A DNA stretch of 64,000 nucleotides from an uncultured delta proteobacterium. Its GTDB lineage: Bacteria > Myxococcota_A > Polyangia > Polyangiales > Polyangiaceae. Within the stretch, counting starts at the first letter, position 1, and every line of letters begins with the position of its first letter. Location of the stretch: contig CAWJCS010000002.1 of the NCBI GenBank assembly GCA_963841435.1, positions 1,088,001-1,152,000 on the forward strand. The letters run 5' to 3'. Shown piece by piece: positions 19,652 through 29,392 of the stretch. Both the position numbers and the translations under genes were made by a program. The notes beneath the pieces are model-generated. The model was not told the DNA's origin, did not search any database, and saw only the letters and a program-made list of their open reading frames with translations.

Positions 19652-20743
19652 GTGCCCGACAACGCTTCTCGGCTGAAGGTGCCCGCCCAGGGCAGCCTGG
19701 ATTTCCTCTCGCTCGGGGCCCTCGTCCACCGGCTCGATCCGGGCATCGTGCCGTTCCGCAAGGCGACCGAGTGTCGCATCCACGTGAGCGGCGGCGAGTT
19801 CAACGTCGCGGCAAACCTCGCGGATTGCTTCGGGCTCTCCACGGGTATCGCGAGCGCCATGGTGGATTACCCCATCGGCGACCTCGTGGCCGAGCGCGTG
19901 AAGGCCATGGGCGTCGCCCCCTTCTACAAGCGCTTCTCGCACGACGGCGTGAGTGGGCCCAACATCGCCACGGTCTACAGCGACCGCGGGCACGGCGTCA
20001 GGCCGCCCGTGGTGTTCTACAATCGTTCGAACGAGGCGGCGGCGCGCCTGGCCCCCGGCGATATCGACTGGCCGGCGATCTTCGCCGGCGGGGTGCGCTG
20101 GTTTCACAGCGGCGGCATCTTCGCGTCGCTCTCGGAGGGCACGGCGGCTCTCGCGCTCGAGGGCATGCGCCTGGCTCGCGAGGCCGGCGCGGTCGTGAGC
20201 TTCGACCTCAACTATCGCGAGAAGCTCTGGAACGTGCGCGGCGGGCGCGAGCGGGCGATGGCCGAGCTCGGACGGCTCGTAGAGCTCACCGACGTGCTCG
20301 TCGGCAACGAAGAGGATTTGCAGAAGGGTCTCGGGGTGCAGGGGCCGGACGTCGGCAAGAAGAGCGCCCTCGATGCCTCGACCTTTCTCGGGATGATCGA
20401 GCGCGTGCGCGAGAAGTTCCCGAGCGTCACGGTCGTCGCCACGACGCTGCGCGAGGTCCACTCCACGAACCGCCACGCCTGGAGCGCGACGGCCTTCATC
20501 GATGGCCAGGGCTACACGGCTCCCACCGCCGAGCTCGACGTGCTCGACCGCGTGGGCGGCGGCGACGGCTTTGCGGCGGGCCTTTTTTACGGCTTGCTCA
20601 CGGGCGCTTCGCCCGAAGAGGCGCTCCGGCTCGGCTGGGCGCACGGCGCCCTCGTCACGAGCTTCCCCGGTGACACCACGATGGCAACGCTCGCGGAGGT
20701 GCGGGCGTTCGCCGCGGGCGGCAGCGCCCGTATTCAGCGCTGA
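19652..20743 (+). CDS. kdgK: 2-keto-3-deoxygluconate kinase (PfkB family)
   Basis: GGEFNVA, SFDLNYREKLW, GNEED, DRVGGGDGFAAG; adjacent to uxaC. Confidence 0.85.
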   Translation: MPDNASRLKVPAQGSLDFLSLGALVHRLDPGIVPFRKATECRIHVSGGEFNVAANLADCFGLSTGIASAMVDYPIGDLVAERVKAMGVAPFYKRFSHDGVSGPNIATVYSDRGHGVRPPVVFYNRSNEAAARLAPGDIDWPAIFAGGVRWFHSGGIFASLSEGTAALALEGMRLAREAGAVVSFDLNYREKLWNVRGGRERAMAELGRLVELTDVLVGNEEDLQKGLGVQGPDVGKKSALDASTFLGMIERVREKFPSVTVVATTLREVHSTNRHAWSATAFIDGQGYTAPTAELDVLDRVGGGDGFAAGLFYGLLTGASPEEALRLGWAHGALVTSFPGDTTMATLAEVRAFAAGGSARIQR

Positions 20744-20762
20744 GAGCGCGCGGAGCCGAGCG

Positions 20763-22199
20763 ATGGCCGCCCCCGACCTGTTCGACGACGACTTCCTGCT
20801 CGAGACCGAGCTCGCGAAAACGCTCTATCACGAGCACGCCGCGCCTCAGCCCATCATCGATTATCACTGTCATCTCCCGCCCGATCAGATCGCGCAAAAT
20901 CACCGCTTTCGCTCACTGACGGAGATCTGGCTCGACGGCGACCACTACAAATGGCGCGCCATGCGCACGAACGGCGTGCCCGAAGAGTTTTGTACCGGTA
21001 GCCGCCCGGACTTCGAGAAGTTCGAAGCCTGGGCACGCACGGTACCCCGCACCCTCAGAAATCCATTGCACCACTGGACGCACCTCGAGCTCAAACGCAC
21101 CTTCGGTATCCGGCGTTTGCTCGATGCGGGCTCGGCACGCGAGATCTACGACGAGGCGAATCGCCTGCTCGCCACCGACGAATTTTCGACGCAGGGCCTG
21201 CTACGACAGTCGAACGTGCTCGTCGTGTGCACGACCGACGACCCCTCGGACACGCTCGAGCACCACGTCGCGCACGCCGGCTCGAAGGCGGCCGGCTCCA
21301 CGCGGCTCTACCCCACCTTCCGCCCCGATCGCGCGCTCGGCGTCGACGACCCCCAGCGCTTCAACGCCTGGCTCGACAAGCTCGCAGACGCCGCCGGCAC
21401 GTCGATCTGGACGTACGACGATCTTCTCGGCGCGCTCGAGAAGCGGCACGCGTACTTCCACGAGCGCGGCTGCCGGCTCTCCGATCACGGCCTCGAGACG
21501 ATCGTCGCGTTCGACCACGCGACGGCGGACGTGCACGCCGCATTCGAGAAAGCCCGCGCCGGGCAGGCCGTCGTGGGCCCACTGGCAGACGCCTACAAGT
21601 CGGCGCTGCTCCACGAGCTCGCGCTCATGGACCACCGGCGCGGCTGGGTGCAGCAGTTTCACCTCGGCGCGTTGCGCAACAACAACTCGCGCCTGCTCGC
21701 GAAGCTCGGCCCCGACACCGGCTTCGATTCGATCGGCGACTTCGAGATCGCACGCCCCCTCGCGCGCTTCCTCGACCGCCTCGATCGCACAGACCAGCTC
21801 GCGCGCACCATCCTCTACAACCTGAATCCCCGCGACAACGAGGTCATGGCGACCATGATCGGGAATTTTCAGGACGGGAGCGTCGCCGGCAAGCTCCAGT
21901 TCGGCAGCGCCTGGTGGTTCCTCGATCAGCTCGACGGCATGCAGAAGCAGCTCGACGCGCTCTCCAACATGGGGCTGCTCTCCTGCTTCGTCGGGATGCT
22001 CACCGATTCGCGGAGCTTCCTGTCCTACTCGCGACACGAGTACTTCCGCCGGCTGCTCTCCAACATGCTCGGCAACGACGCGGAGCGGGGGCTCGTGCCG
22101 CGCGACGTCGAGTTGCTCGGCGGGCTCGTGGCCGACGTGTCGTTCCGCAACGCGCGGGCCTACTTCGGCTTCGAGCTGCCCGCTTCTTTCAGCGGCTGA
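20763..22199 (+). CDS. uxaC: Glucuronate/uronate isomerase
   Basis: PIIDYHCHL, DHYKWRAMR, CTTDDP, SDHG, GSAWWFLDQ, GMLTDSRSFLSYSRHEYFRR. Confidence 0.96.
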   Translation: MAAPDLFDDDFLLETELAKTLYHEHAAPQPIIDYHCHLPPDQIAQNHRFRSLTEIWLDGDHYKWRAMRTNGVPEEFCTGSRPDFEKFEAWARTVPRTLRNPLHHWTHLELKRTFGIRRLLDAGSAREIYDEANRLLATDEFSTQGLLRQSNVLVVCTTDDPSDTLEHHVAHAGSKAAGSTRLYPTFRPDRALGVDDPQRFNAWLDKLADAAGTSIWTYDDLLGALEKRHAYFHERGCRLSDHGLETIVAFDHATADVHAAFEKARAGQAVVGPLADAYKSALLHELALMDHRRGWVQQFHLGALRNNNSRLLAKLGPDTGFDSIGDFEIARPLARFLDRLDRTDQLARTILYNLNPRDNEVMATMIGNFQDGSVAGKLQFGSAWWFLDQLDGMQKQLDALSNMGLLSCFVGMLTDSRSFLSYSRHEYFRRLLSNMLGNDAERGLVPRDVELLGGLVADVSFRNARAYFGFELPASFSG

Positions 22200-22201
22200 C
22201 G

Positions 22202-22229
22202 GGCGCGGCGCCGCGACGCGCCGCGCCGA
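22202..22229. terminator. Hairpin downstream of uxaC
   Basis: ggcgcggcg ... cgccgcgcc inverted repeat right after the stop, between convergent genes. Confidence 0.4.
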
Positions 22230-22277
22230 ACGAGCAAACGCTCGTGTTCGGTGCCGCGAGGCGCGCCACCACGCCGC

Positions 22278-23351
22278 CTACTTGATGTCGTAGACCTCGA
22301 CGGCGTTGTCCAGGAAGCGCGGGACGAGCAGCCGGCTGCGCTTCGGATCGATGCCGACGTCAGCCGAGCCGCGCACGTTCCACACCGCCGGCTGGAACGT
22401 GCCGCCGAGCTTGCCCTTGAACACCGAGGCAGCCTTCCAGCTCGTGCAGTAGACGGTTTCGCCGAGCACGGCGAGGCCGTCGAGCCCGCCGGCGGGCAGG
22501 TGAGTGATCTCGGATTTTGCGCCCCTGTCGTCGAGCTTGTAGATCTCGTCGGCGCCGGATGTGTTCACGTAAAGGCTCGTGCCGAGCAGCAAGAGGCCGT
22601 TCGGGCCGTTGAGCTCCTTCGTCTTCGCGACCGTCTTGACCTTGCCCGCCCGGTCGATGACGTAGACGGCGTCGCCGCCCGCCGGCTCGAGGCCGGACGC
22701 GCCGACCTTGAGCCCGGAGTCCGAGACGTAAACGTGCCCGTCGGGCGTGATGGCGATGTCGTTCAGGAACACGGCGTCCTTGATGGGGATGTCACCCTTC
22801 GGCGCCCCGGTCTTGGCGTCGAACCGCCGGACGACCGCGACGTCGGTGACCCAGAGCACGTTGCCGTAGATGCCCATGCCTTTGGGCGCGTCGAGCTTGG
22901 TCTTGCCGGCGCCGCCCTCGACGAGCTTCGGCTTCGTGATCTTCCCGTCGGGCGAAAGCTCGGCGATGTAGCCGTTGTTGTCCGCCTCGACGGGGCTTCC
23001 GTTGATGTTGGACACGAGGTAGCGGTCGAGCGTGGCGTCGTAGAGCACGCTCTCGGGCGTCGCGATGCCTTCGGTGACGCGCCAGACGGGGACGGGGGGC
23101 GGGGGCTCGGCCGGCGACTTCGCAGCGACTGCCTTCGGCCGGGCGTTCGTCGGCGAGGCCGCGGGTGTCGGCGCCGTAGGTTTCGGCGCTGTGACAGTGG
23201 GCGAGGGGAGCGCGGCATGCTCCGGCGCCGCGGCGTGCTCGGGCAGCGGTGGCGTGATGGCGACCGCCGTGGGACCCGGGGGGTGGGAACCGCCGCAAGC
23301 GACGCTGAGAACGACGGAACCGAACAGAGCGAGCCCTTTGCGGAGTGCCAT
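22278..23351 (-). CDS. Lipoprotein with SMP-30/gluconolactonase-like beta-propeller
   Basis: Lipobox SVAC, Pro/Ala linker, TPESV, FLNDI, GPNGL, GLDGL. Confidence 0.8.
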   Translation of the reverse strand: MALRKGLALFGSVVLSVACGGSHPPGPTAVAITPPLPEHAAAPEHAALPSPTVTAPKPTAPTPAASPTNARPKAVAAKSPAEPPPPVPVWRVTEGIATPESVLYDATLDRYLVSNINGSPVEADNNGYIAELSPDGKITKPKLVEGGAGKTKLDAPKGMGIYGNVLWVTDVAVVRRFDAKTGAPKGDIPIKDAVFLNDIAITPDGHVYVSDSGLKVGASGLEPAGGDAVYVIDRAGKVKTVAKTKELNGPNGLLLLGTSLYVNTSGADEIYKLDDRGAKSEITHLPAGGLDGLAVLGETVYCTSWKAASVFKGKLGGTFQPAVWNVRGSADVGIDPKRSRLLVPRFLDNAVEVYDIK

Positions 23352-23430
23352 GGGCAAGGCCATGCGGCCGATCCCGGCCGGCGGCAAGCCCCACCCGAAA
23401 GCCGGTCTCCGTGCTACGAAGGTCGGGACA

Positions 23431-24090
23431 ATGAGCTCGCTTTTCTCGGTGTTGGCCCTGGGCATCGTGCTCGGTCTGCGCCACGCGCTCGACGCGGACC
23501 ACGTCGTTGCGGTCTCGACGATCACGTCGCGCGAGCGGACGTTCGGCGCCGTGCTGCGCCTCTCGGCGTTCTGGGGCATCGGACATGCGCTCACGGTCTT
23601 GCTCGTCGGCGGGTCGATCATCCTCTTCGGCGCCGTCGTCCCGCCGAAGCTCGGGCTGGGCTTCGAGTTCACCGTCGCGCTCATGCTGATGGTGCTCGGC
23701 ATCGCCAACCTCACGGGCAGTCTCGACCGGCTGCACGAGCGGGCGCACGAGCGCGCGCACGCGCACGCGTCCGCGCCGGGCTCGCGCGTGCTGCGACCGC
23801 TCGGTGTGGGCATCGTGCACGGCCTGGCCGGCTCCGCCGCCGTCGCCCTGCTCGTGCTCGCCTCGGTTCGCGATCCGGCGCTCGCTTGCGCCGGTCTCGT
23901 CGTGTTCGTGCTGGGCACGCTGCTCGGCATGGTGCTCTTGAGTGGAGTGTTCGCCGCCACGGTCGCCTACGCGCTCACGCGCGTGCAACGCCTGCACGTC
24001 GGCATCGCTCGCGCGACGGGGGCCGTGAGCTTCGCGCTCGGTTTCGTTTTGGCCGTGCGCATCGGCTTCGTCAACGGTCTGTTTTACTGA
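23431..24090 (+). CDS. High-affinity nickel/cobalt transporter (NiCoT/UreH-like)
   Basis: GLRHALDADH (HX4DH signature), WGIGH, His-rich loop HERAHERAHAH, GIVHGLAGSAA. Confidence 0.88.
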   Translation: MSSLFSVLALGIVLGLRHALDADHVVAVSTITSRERTFGAVLRLSAFWGIGHALTVLLVGGSIILFGAVVPPKLGLGFEFTVALMLMVLGIANLTGSLDRLHERAHERAHAHASAPGSRVLRPLGVGIVHGLAGSAAVALLVLASVRDPALACAGLVVFVLGTLLGMVLLSGVFAATVAYALTRVQRLHVGIARATGAVSFALGFVLAVRIGFVNGLFY

Positions 24091-24128
24091 GACCGCGCCG
24101 TCGAGCGACCCGGCTCGCGCCCGCGGAC

Positions 24129-25439
24129 TCAGGTATCGACCGCAAGCTTGTCGCGAAGGCTCCAGAGCCCGAGCGCCGGATTCCGGACGAAATAGATGCG
24201 CTCGCCGTCGCTGAGCTCGTTCATGCCGTCGGTGAGACGCGCGGGGTCGTAGCGAGCCAGCGACGGCGCGAGCTCCGCTGCTTCGTAGCCGACGGCACGA
24301 AGCGTGGCGGCATCGATGCCGCCCGCGGCGTAGCGGATGCGGAAGCGGCCTTCCGAGGAGCCGTGGATCAGGTGCGCCGCGGCGGAAAGCGACTGGGCGA
24401 GCTCCGGATCGGCGTCCACGGCGGCGAGCGTGCGCTCGGTGCCCCGGTAGCCATGGCGGCGGACGAGTCGATCGATGCCGGCATCCTCACCGAAGCGGTG
24501 GACGCCCGGGGCCAGCACCAAGAGCTCCCCGGCGTCGGCGACGGCGAGGCGCGTGCGGTAGATCGCCTTGTTTCCGAGCCAGGTCGACTTGAACTCCGAG
24601 GGATCCAGGTAGACGACGATCTTGTCGGGGGCCTCGTCCAGAAGCTCGACGTTGCAGGCCCGGACGAGGCTCTCTCCCGCGAAGAAACAGGCGTCGTCGT
24701 CGCCCGCGAACAGGCCGCGCGTCACGAGCGCCCCCGCGGCGTCACGGCCGCGCACGGTCAGGACGTAGGTGATGGGCAGGGCGCTCGCGAGCTCGCTCCG
24801 CATGTACGAGAGCACCTTTCGCACCGGCGTTCTGGCGCGGCCCATGGCAGCCTCCATGCCGCACACGGCGCCGAGATAGTGCGTGCGATCGATCACGTCC
24901 TTGCCACCCGTGCCGACGAAGACGTTCTTGCTCTGCCCGGCGATGCCCGCGACCTCGTGGGGCACGAGCTGCCCGAGCGAGATGATGCGATCCCAGTGCT
25001 CGCCCGCGACGAGCCGTGCGACCTCGCAGCGGATCGGGTAGGAGAGGCGTCCATCGCTCGCCTCATGCACGACGGAAGCCGGCACTTCGCCGAGCGAGGT
25101 GACCCCGTGACGCCAGTCGTGGACGTGGAAGGCCTCTTTGGGGATGCCGGGGTACAGGGTTTCGAGCTCACCCTCCGTCATGGCGGCGTGGGTGCCGAGC
25201 GCCGGCAGGACCTCGACGTGCCCCCGGCCTCCCAGGCGATGAAAGAGCCGGGTGGTGAGCGGCCCGACCCCCGAGTGGCGCCGCGTGAAATCCGGTGGAA
25301 TGAGCAGCACCCGGCCGAGCGGCCCGAGCTGGGCGACGAGCCTCTCCAGGAGCTCGTCGGTGCGCCGACCGTCGAGCACGGCGTCCGGCGCTCCCTCAGC
25401 GAAGTAGAGCCGGCCCTCGGCCGCCGATTGAGCGCTCAT
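24129..25439 (-). CDS. LarA-family (lactate racemase domain/DUF2088) protein, probable sugar-acid 2-epimerase
   Basis: VLLIPPDFTR, ALGTH, GQLVPHEVAG, STWLGNKAIYRTR, HLIHGS. Confidence 0.85.
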   Translation of the reverse strand: MSAQSAAEGRLYFAEGAPDAVLDGRRTDELLERLVAQLGPLGRVLLIPPDFTRRHSGVGPLTTRLFHRLGGRGHVEVLPALGTHAAMTEGELETLYPGIPKEAFHVHDWRHGVTSLGEVPASVVHEASDGRLSYPIRCEVARLVAGEHWDRIISLGQLVPHEVAGIAGQSKNVFVGTGGKDVIDRTHYLGAVCGMEAAMGRARTPVRKVLSYMRSELASALPITYVLTVRGRDAAGALVTRGLFAGDDDACFFAGESLVRACNVELLDEAPDKIVVYLDPSEFKSTWLGNKAIYRTRLAVADAGELLVLAPGVHRFGEDAGIDRLVRRHGYRGTERTLAAVDADPELAQSLSAAAHLIHGSSEGRFRIRYAAGGIDAATLRAVGYEAAELAPSLARYDPARLTDGMNELSDGERIYFVRNPALGLWSLRDKLAVDT

Positions 25440-25466
25440 CCTGCTAGCGTCTACCATGCCGGGGCG

Positions 25467-26597
25467 ATGCCCTTCGATCACGCTCCGGCCCCCGAGCGCG
25501 CGCTCCGGGTCGCCGTGGTCGGCGTCGGGCAGCGGGGCCAGGCGTACGCGCGCGCTCTCACGACGGGTGAGGTGCCGGGCGCCAAGCTCGTGGCCGTCGC
25601 CGACCCGGACCCCGCCGCCCGGGGGCGCTTTGAAAACGCCCAGGCGTTCGCCGGCGTGACGGAGCTCGCCGACGCCGGCGTGGCCGACGCCTGGGTGGTC
25701 GCGTCGCCGCCGCTCAATCATGTCCCCGCGGCGCTCGCGGCTTTCGGCTGCGGGGCGCACCTCTTGCTCGAAAAGCCCCTCGCGACGAGCGTCACCGGGT
25801 GCCACGCGCTGCTCGCCGCGCACGAAGGGGCGCCGGCGCTTTCGTTTTCGACCGTGCTCCCGCTCAGGGCCGATCGCCGCTACCTCGCGTTGCGCGCGCG
25901 TCTGAGGGACGGCTCGCTCGGGCGCGTGCGCCGCGTGGTCTGGACGGTCACGGACTGCTTTCGCAGCGACGCGTACTACCTGGCTTCGCCCTGGCGCACC
26001 GAGCACGGCGGCGGCGTGCTCCTCAATCAAGCCCTCCACCAGCTCGATCTGCTTTCGTGGCTGTTCGGCATGCCCGTCCGGGTTCGGGCCGTCGCGCACG
26101 CGCGGAGCGAGGTGGCGCCCGGCGTCGAAGCGGAGGTTCGCGCCGTGCTCGAGCTCGAGGGTGGTGCGAGCGCGGAGTTTCTCGCGAGCACGGCGCGCGC
26201 AGCGGGGGTGAATCGTCTCGAGGTCGTGACGGATCGCGCGCGCGTCTCGGTCGAGGGCGACGAGCTTCGTATCGACCGCGGAGCGTGCGACACCGCTGGA
26301 ATGGCGCCCGGTGCGCAGGCGAGCCGCGATGTCGAGCGACTCGGCTTGCCCGCGGGCGGCACCTGGCCCGCTGACGAGCTCAGAGCGTTCGTCGCCGCGG
26401 CTCGGAGGCTCGCGCCGGCCCTCACGCCGGCCGTGGACGGCATCGCCAGCGTGCTCATCGCCGAAGCCATGCTCGCGTCGAGCGCCGAGGGGCGTGCCAT
26501 CGAGCTGCCGCCGAGCGCGCAGGTGCCCGGTGAGCGCCCGCTCACCCTCGGGTTTTTCCCGATCGAAAGCGGAGCCGAGCGGCATGTAGCTTCATGA
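25467..26597 (+). CDS. Gfo/Idh/MocA family oxidoreductase
   Basis: VAVVGVGQRG Rossmann motif, LLEKPL, GGGVLLNQALHQLD. Confidence 0.88.
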   Translation: MPFDHAPAPERALRVAVVGVGQRGQAYARALTTGEVPGAKLVAVADPDPAARGRFENAQAFAGVTELADAGVADAWVVASPPLNHVPAALAAFGCGAHLLLEKPLATSVTGCHALLAAHEGAPALSFSTVLPLRADRRYLALRARLRDGSLGRVRRVVWTVTDCFRSDAYYLASPWRTEHGGGVLLNQALHQLDLLSWLFGMPVRVRAVAHARSEVAPGVEAEVRAVLELEGGASAEFLASTARAAGVNRLEVVTDRARVSVEGDELRIDRGACDTAGMAPGAQASRDVERLGLPAGGTWPADELRAFVAAARRLAPALTPAVDGIASVLIAEAMLASSAEGRAIELPPSAQVPGERPLTLGFFPIESGAERHVAS

Positions 26598-26772
26598 GGC
26601 ACACGCCCTTACACGCCTGCTCACTCTTGACTCGCTCTCGCTTCTGACCCGCGGGTGACACGTGCGCGGTAGACGAGACTAGCCGAGCGTCGCTCGCGCT
26701 CGCACGCAAGGTAGCTCGATCGAGCGGCGCCGATGCTTGAAGGGGGCGTGGGAGCGAGTATGATCGAAGCTC

Positions 26773-27780
26773 GTGGCGCGACAACTTCTCAAGGCGTTCG
26801 CCGCCGCTGCCGCGGTCTTCGCCGCCTGCCAGGTTTACGATCCGACCGATCTGGTCGGCACCGCGGGCACTGTCGGAGCAAGCAGCGGGGCGCCCTCGGC
26901 CGGAAGCGCCGGCGTGAGCGGCTTCGGCGGCTCGACGGTCGGTGGGGGAGGCAGCGCTCAGTCGGGTGGCCTCGGCGGCGGCGAGAACCTTGCGGGTGAG
27001 ACGGGTTTCGAAGGCGGCGCGGCGGGCGAGGACGCGAGCGGCGGGAGCGCCGGCTCGGCCGTGGCGTCCGGGGGATCGGCGGGCAGCGGAACTGGTGCCA
27101 ATGCGGGCACGGGTGGCGCGGGCAACGGCGGCACCACGGCGAGCGGCGGAGCGGGCGTCGGTGGCGCCGGCATGGGTGGCACGAGCGGCACGAGCGCGGG
27201 CACGTCGGGCACGAGCGGCAGCGCCGGCATGGGTGGCACGAGCGGCAGCGCGGGCACCTCCGGCACGTCGGGTACGAGCGGCAGCGCGGGCGCCGGCGGC
27301 GCGGCCGGAACGGCTGGCTCGGCCGGCGCGGGGGCCGGAGGCACGGGCGGCGCGGGCGAGGTGGAGCTCGTCGGCACCGCCACGGCTGACAGCTCGCAAA
27401 ATGCCACCGGCAACGTGCACCCGCCCGGGCACGGCAACGACGGCGACCCGGCGACGCGCTGGTGCGCGGCCAACGCCAACACGGGTCATTACTGGACGGT
27501 CGACCTCGGCGCGTCGCACGCCCTCACGCGCCTCGAAATCTCCTGGGAATATCCCAGCCAGGCGGTAGGGTTGCCCTACCTGTACGTCGTCGGCGTCTCC
27601 AACGACGGCACGACCTTCACCACCGCGATCGACAAGAGCGCCAATATGGACGTGACGAACACCCAGAGCGTGGATTTTCCGGCCTCGACGTCGGGTCGCT
27701 ACGTGCGCATCACCATCACGGGCCTGCCGACGACGTCAACCTGGGCGAGCTTCTGGGAAGCAAGCGTGTTCGGGACGTGA
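26773..27780 (+). CDS. Lipoprotein with Gly-rich linker and F5/8 type C (discoidin/CBM32-like) domain
   Basis: Lipobox FAAC; long G/S/T linker; NDGDPATRW, WTVDLG, GRYVRITI. Confidence 0.85.
   Translation: MARQLLKAFAAAAAVFAACQVYDPTDLVGTAGTVGASSGAPSAGSAGVSGFGGSTVGGGGSAQSGGLGGGENLAGETGFEGGAAGEDASGGSAGSAVASGGSAGSGTGANAGTGGAGNGGTTASGGAGVGGAGMGGTSGTSAGTSGTSGSAGMGGTSGSAGTSGTSGTSGSAGAGGAAGTAGSAGAGAGGTGGAGEVELVGTATADSSQNATGNVHPPGHGNDGDPATRWCAANANTGHYWTVDLGASHALTRLEISWEYPSQAVGLPYLYVVGVSNDGTTFTTAIDKSANMDVTNTQSVDFPASTSGRYVRITITGLPTTSTWASFWEASVFGT
27164..27247 (+). repeat. 27 bp direct repeat (57 bp period) in linker
   Basis: gcgccggcatgggtggcacgagcggca at 27164 and 27221. Confidence 0.7.
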
Positions 27781-28010
27781 TGTTCCTTGCCCGCGTCATC
27801 GACCTCTACTCGCTCGTCGTGTTCGCGGCGGTCATCCTCTCGTGGATCCGCCTGTCGGACGACAATCCGCTCGTGCGCATCACGGCGGCGCTCACCGAGC
27901 CCTTGCTCGGCCCGATCCGCCGCCTGCTGCCGGACCTCGGCGGCATCGATTTTTCGCCGATGATCCTGCTCATCGCGCTCCGCTTTCTGCGGGGCGCCCT
28001 CTTGCGCTGA
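27780..28010 (+). CDS. yggT: YggT family membrane protein
   Basis: ILSWI..NPLVR..LTEPLLGPIRRLLP..GGIDFSPMI. Confidence 0.88.
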   Translation: MFLARVIDLYSLVVFAAVILSWIRLSDDNPLVRITAALTEPLLGPIRRLLPDLGGIDFSPMILLIALRFLRGALLR

Positions 28011-28037
28011 GGGGGCCCGGGAGCCACCGCGGCGGAT

Positions 28038-29349
28038 TCAGCGCGGTACGATCACCGTCGGGCAGCCGTACGTGATCGTCACTTGTTCGGCGCCGCGGGT
28101 TTCCATCGCCTCACACGTTGCGCCCTTGAGCACGACCGTCGGCGGCGACGTTGAGCGATCGACGTCCCAGCCGTCGGCGCCCATCTGCGGAATTTCCGTG
28201 CCGTCGATGACGACGTTGAGAAGGCCCTCGTAGTTGGGGCTGTCGGGCGTCGAGGTGAGCTGGAGCCGGCAGCTCGTGATGAGGCCCTCGGTGATGCGCG
28301 TGAGCACCTCGGTGAGCCCCTCGGCGCCCGAGGAGCTCGTGACGCGGAAGTAGCTCGGCGGCGCGTCGGGGTTCGGCTCACCGCCCGCTTCGGCGAGCTT
28401 GTCGAGTGTCCCGGCGAAGAACTGCGAGCCGGGAATGCCCACGACGAAGGTCTTGATGCCGGCGTCGGCGAGCGCCGTCACCTCGTCGACGGTGCGATCC
28501 TCGTCGAGGCAGTTGATGGCGCCGTTGGGATCGATCATCGGATCGCAGCAGCTGCCGCCGCAGCCCGTTTCGGCCATGGTGTTTTCGAGGTTGATGGTGC
28601 AGCTGTCCTTGTCACACGCAAGGTCGGCGTTGCAGTTCGGGCCACCGTCGGTCGCGAGCAGCACGTAGCTCGTGCCCTCGAGCGACTTGCCGGCGCCGGT
28701 CGTGAGGTACTCGCGGGCGAGCTTCAGGGCGTCGGCCGTGGGTGTGCCGCCCGCCGGCGCGTACGTCGTGAAGGCATCGACGATCTGGGGAACCGTGCTG
28801 TCGCCCGGCCCCACGCCGACGAGCACGCCGCCATCCCTCGGGGTTTCGCAGGTGTCCGGCGTGTCCATCGGGTCATCGGCGAACGGGAAAAGCTCGAGAC
28901 CGAAGGACACGCGAGACGCCGCCTCGTCGAGTGCCGAGCCGAGGGCTGCGCCGAGCGCCGCCCAGCGACCCTCCGGGAACTCCGTGTCGATGCTCATGCT
29001 GCTCGACTTGTCGATGACGAGCAGCACGTTGACCCTGGGTCGCTCGGCCGCAAGCTCGCTCGAGCCGCAATCGGCTCCGCCTTCGCCGGACTGCCCACCC
29101 ATGTTGACGCTGATGCTCCCGCCCGAGCCGAGCGAGCCGGCGCCACCGCCGCGTGCTCCGCTGCCGCCCGTCCCGCTGCCGCCTCGGCCGGCGTTGGCAC
29201 TCGAGCCGCCGTCCGCACCGAGGCCGCTGCCGCTCGATCCCCCCGACCCCTTGGCCACGCTCGCTTCCCCGCGGCAGGCCTGTGTGGCCAGGACCGCGAC
29301 CAGCACGCCGAAGAGGCCGTGCTCGACTCCAAGAACGTCCGAGCTTCAT
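28038..29349 (-). CDS. CglB-like VWA-domain Cys-containing lipoprotein (start uncertain, possible frameshift ~29320)
   Basis: MIDAS DKSSSM, GGTPT, LLATDGGPNCN, TFVVGIPG; lipobox TQAC. The upstream ATG (MKLGRSW) is out of frame; in-frame GTG at 29306. Confidence 0.78.
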
Positions 29350-29392
29350 CGTCGGTTTCCCTGGTTTTACCCTTGGCGTCTCCCGGCTCTCA

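Noticed and set aside
22251-26597. 1448 aa ORF on the + strand
   Set aside because: Only the last ~376 aa (Gfo/Idh/MocA) is a real protein; the rest is a stop-free shadow frame over three genuine genes, common at this GC content
26880-27360. Repetitive GGC-rich tracts here and in other lipoprotein genes as a possible CRISPR array or satellite
   Set aside because: They are in-frame Gly/Ser/Ala linkers with no constant repeat-unique spacer structure, and no cas genes were seen
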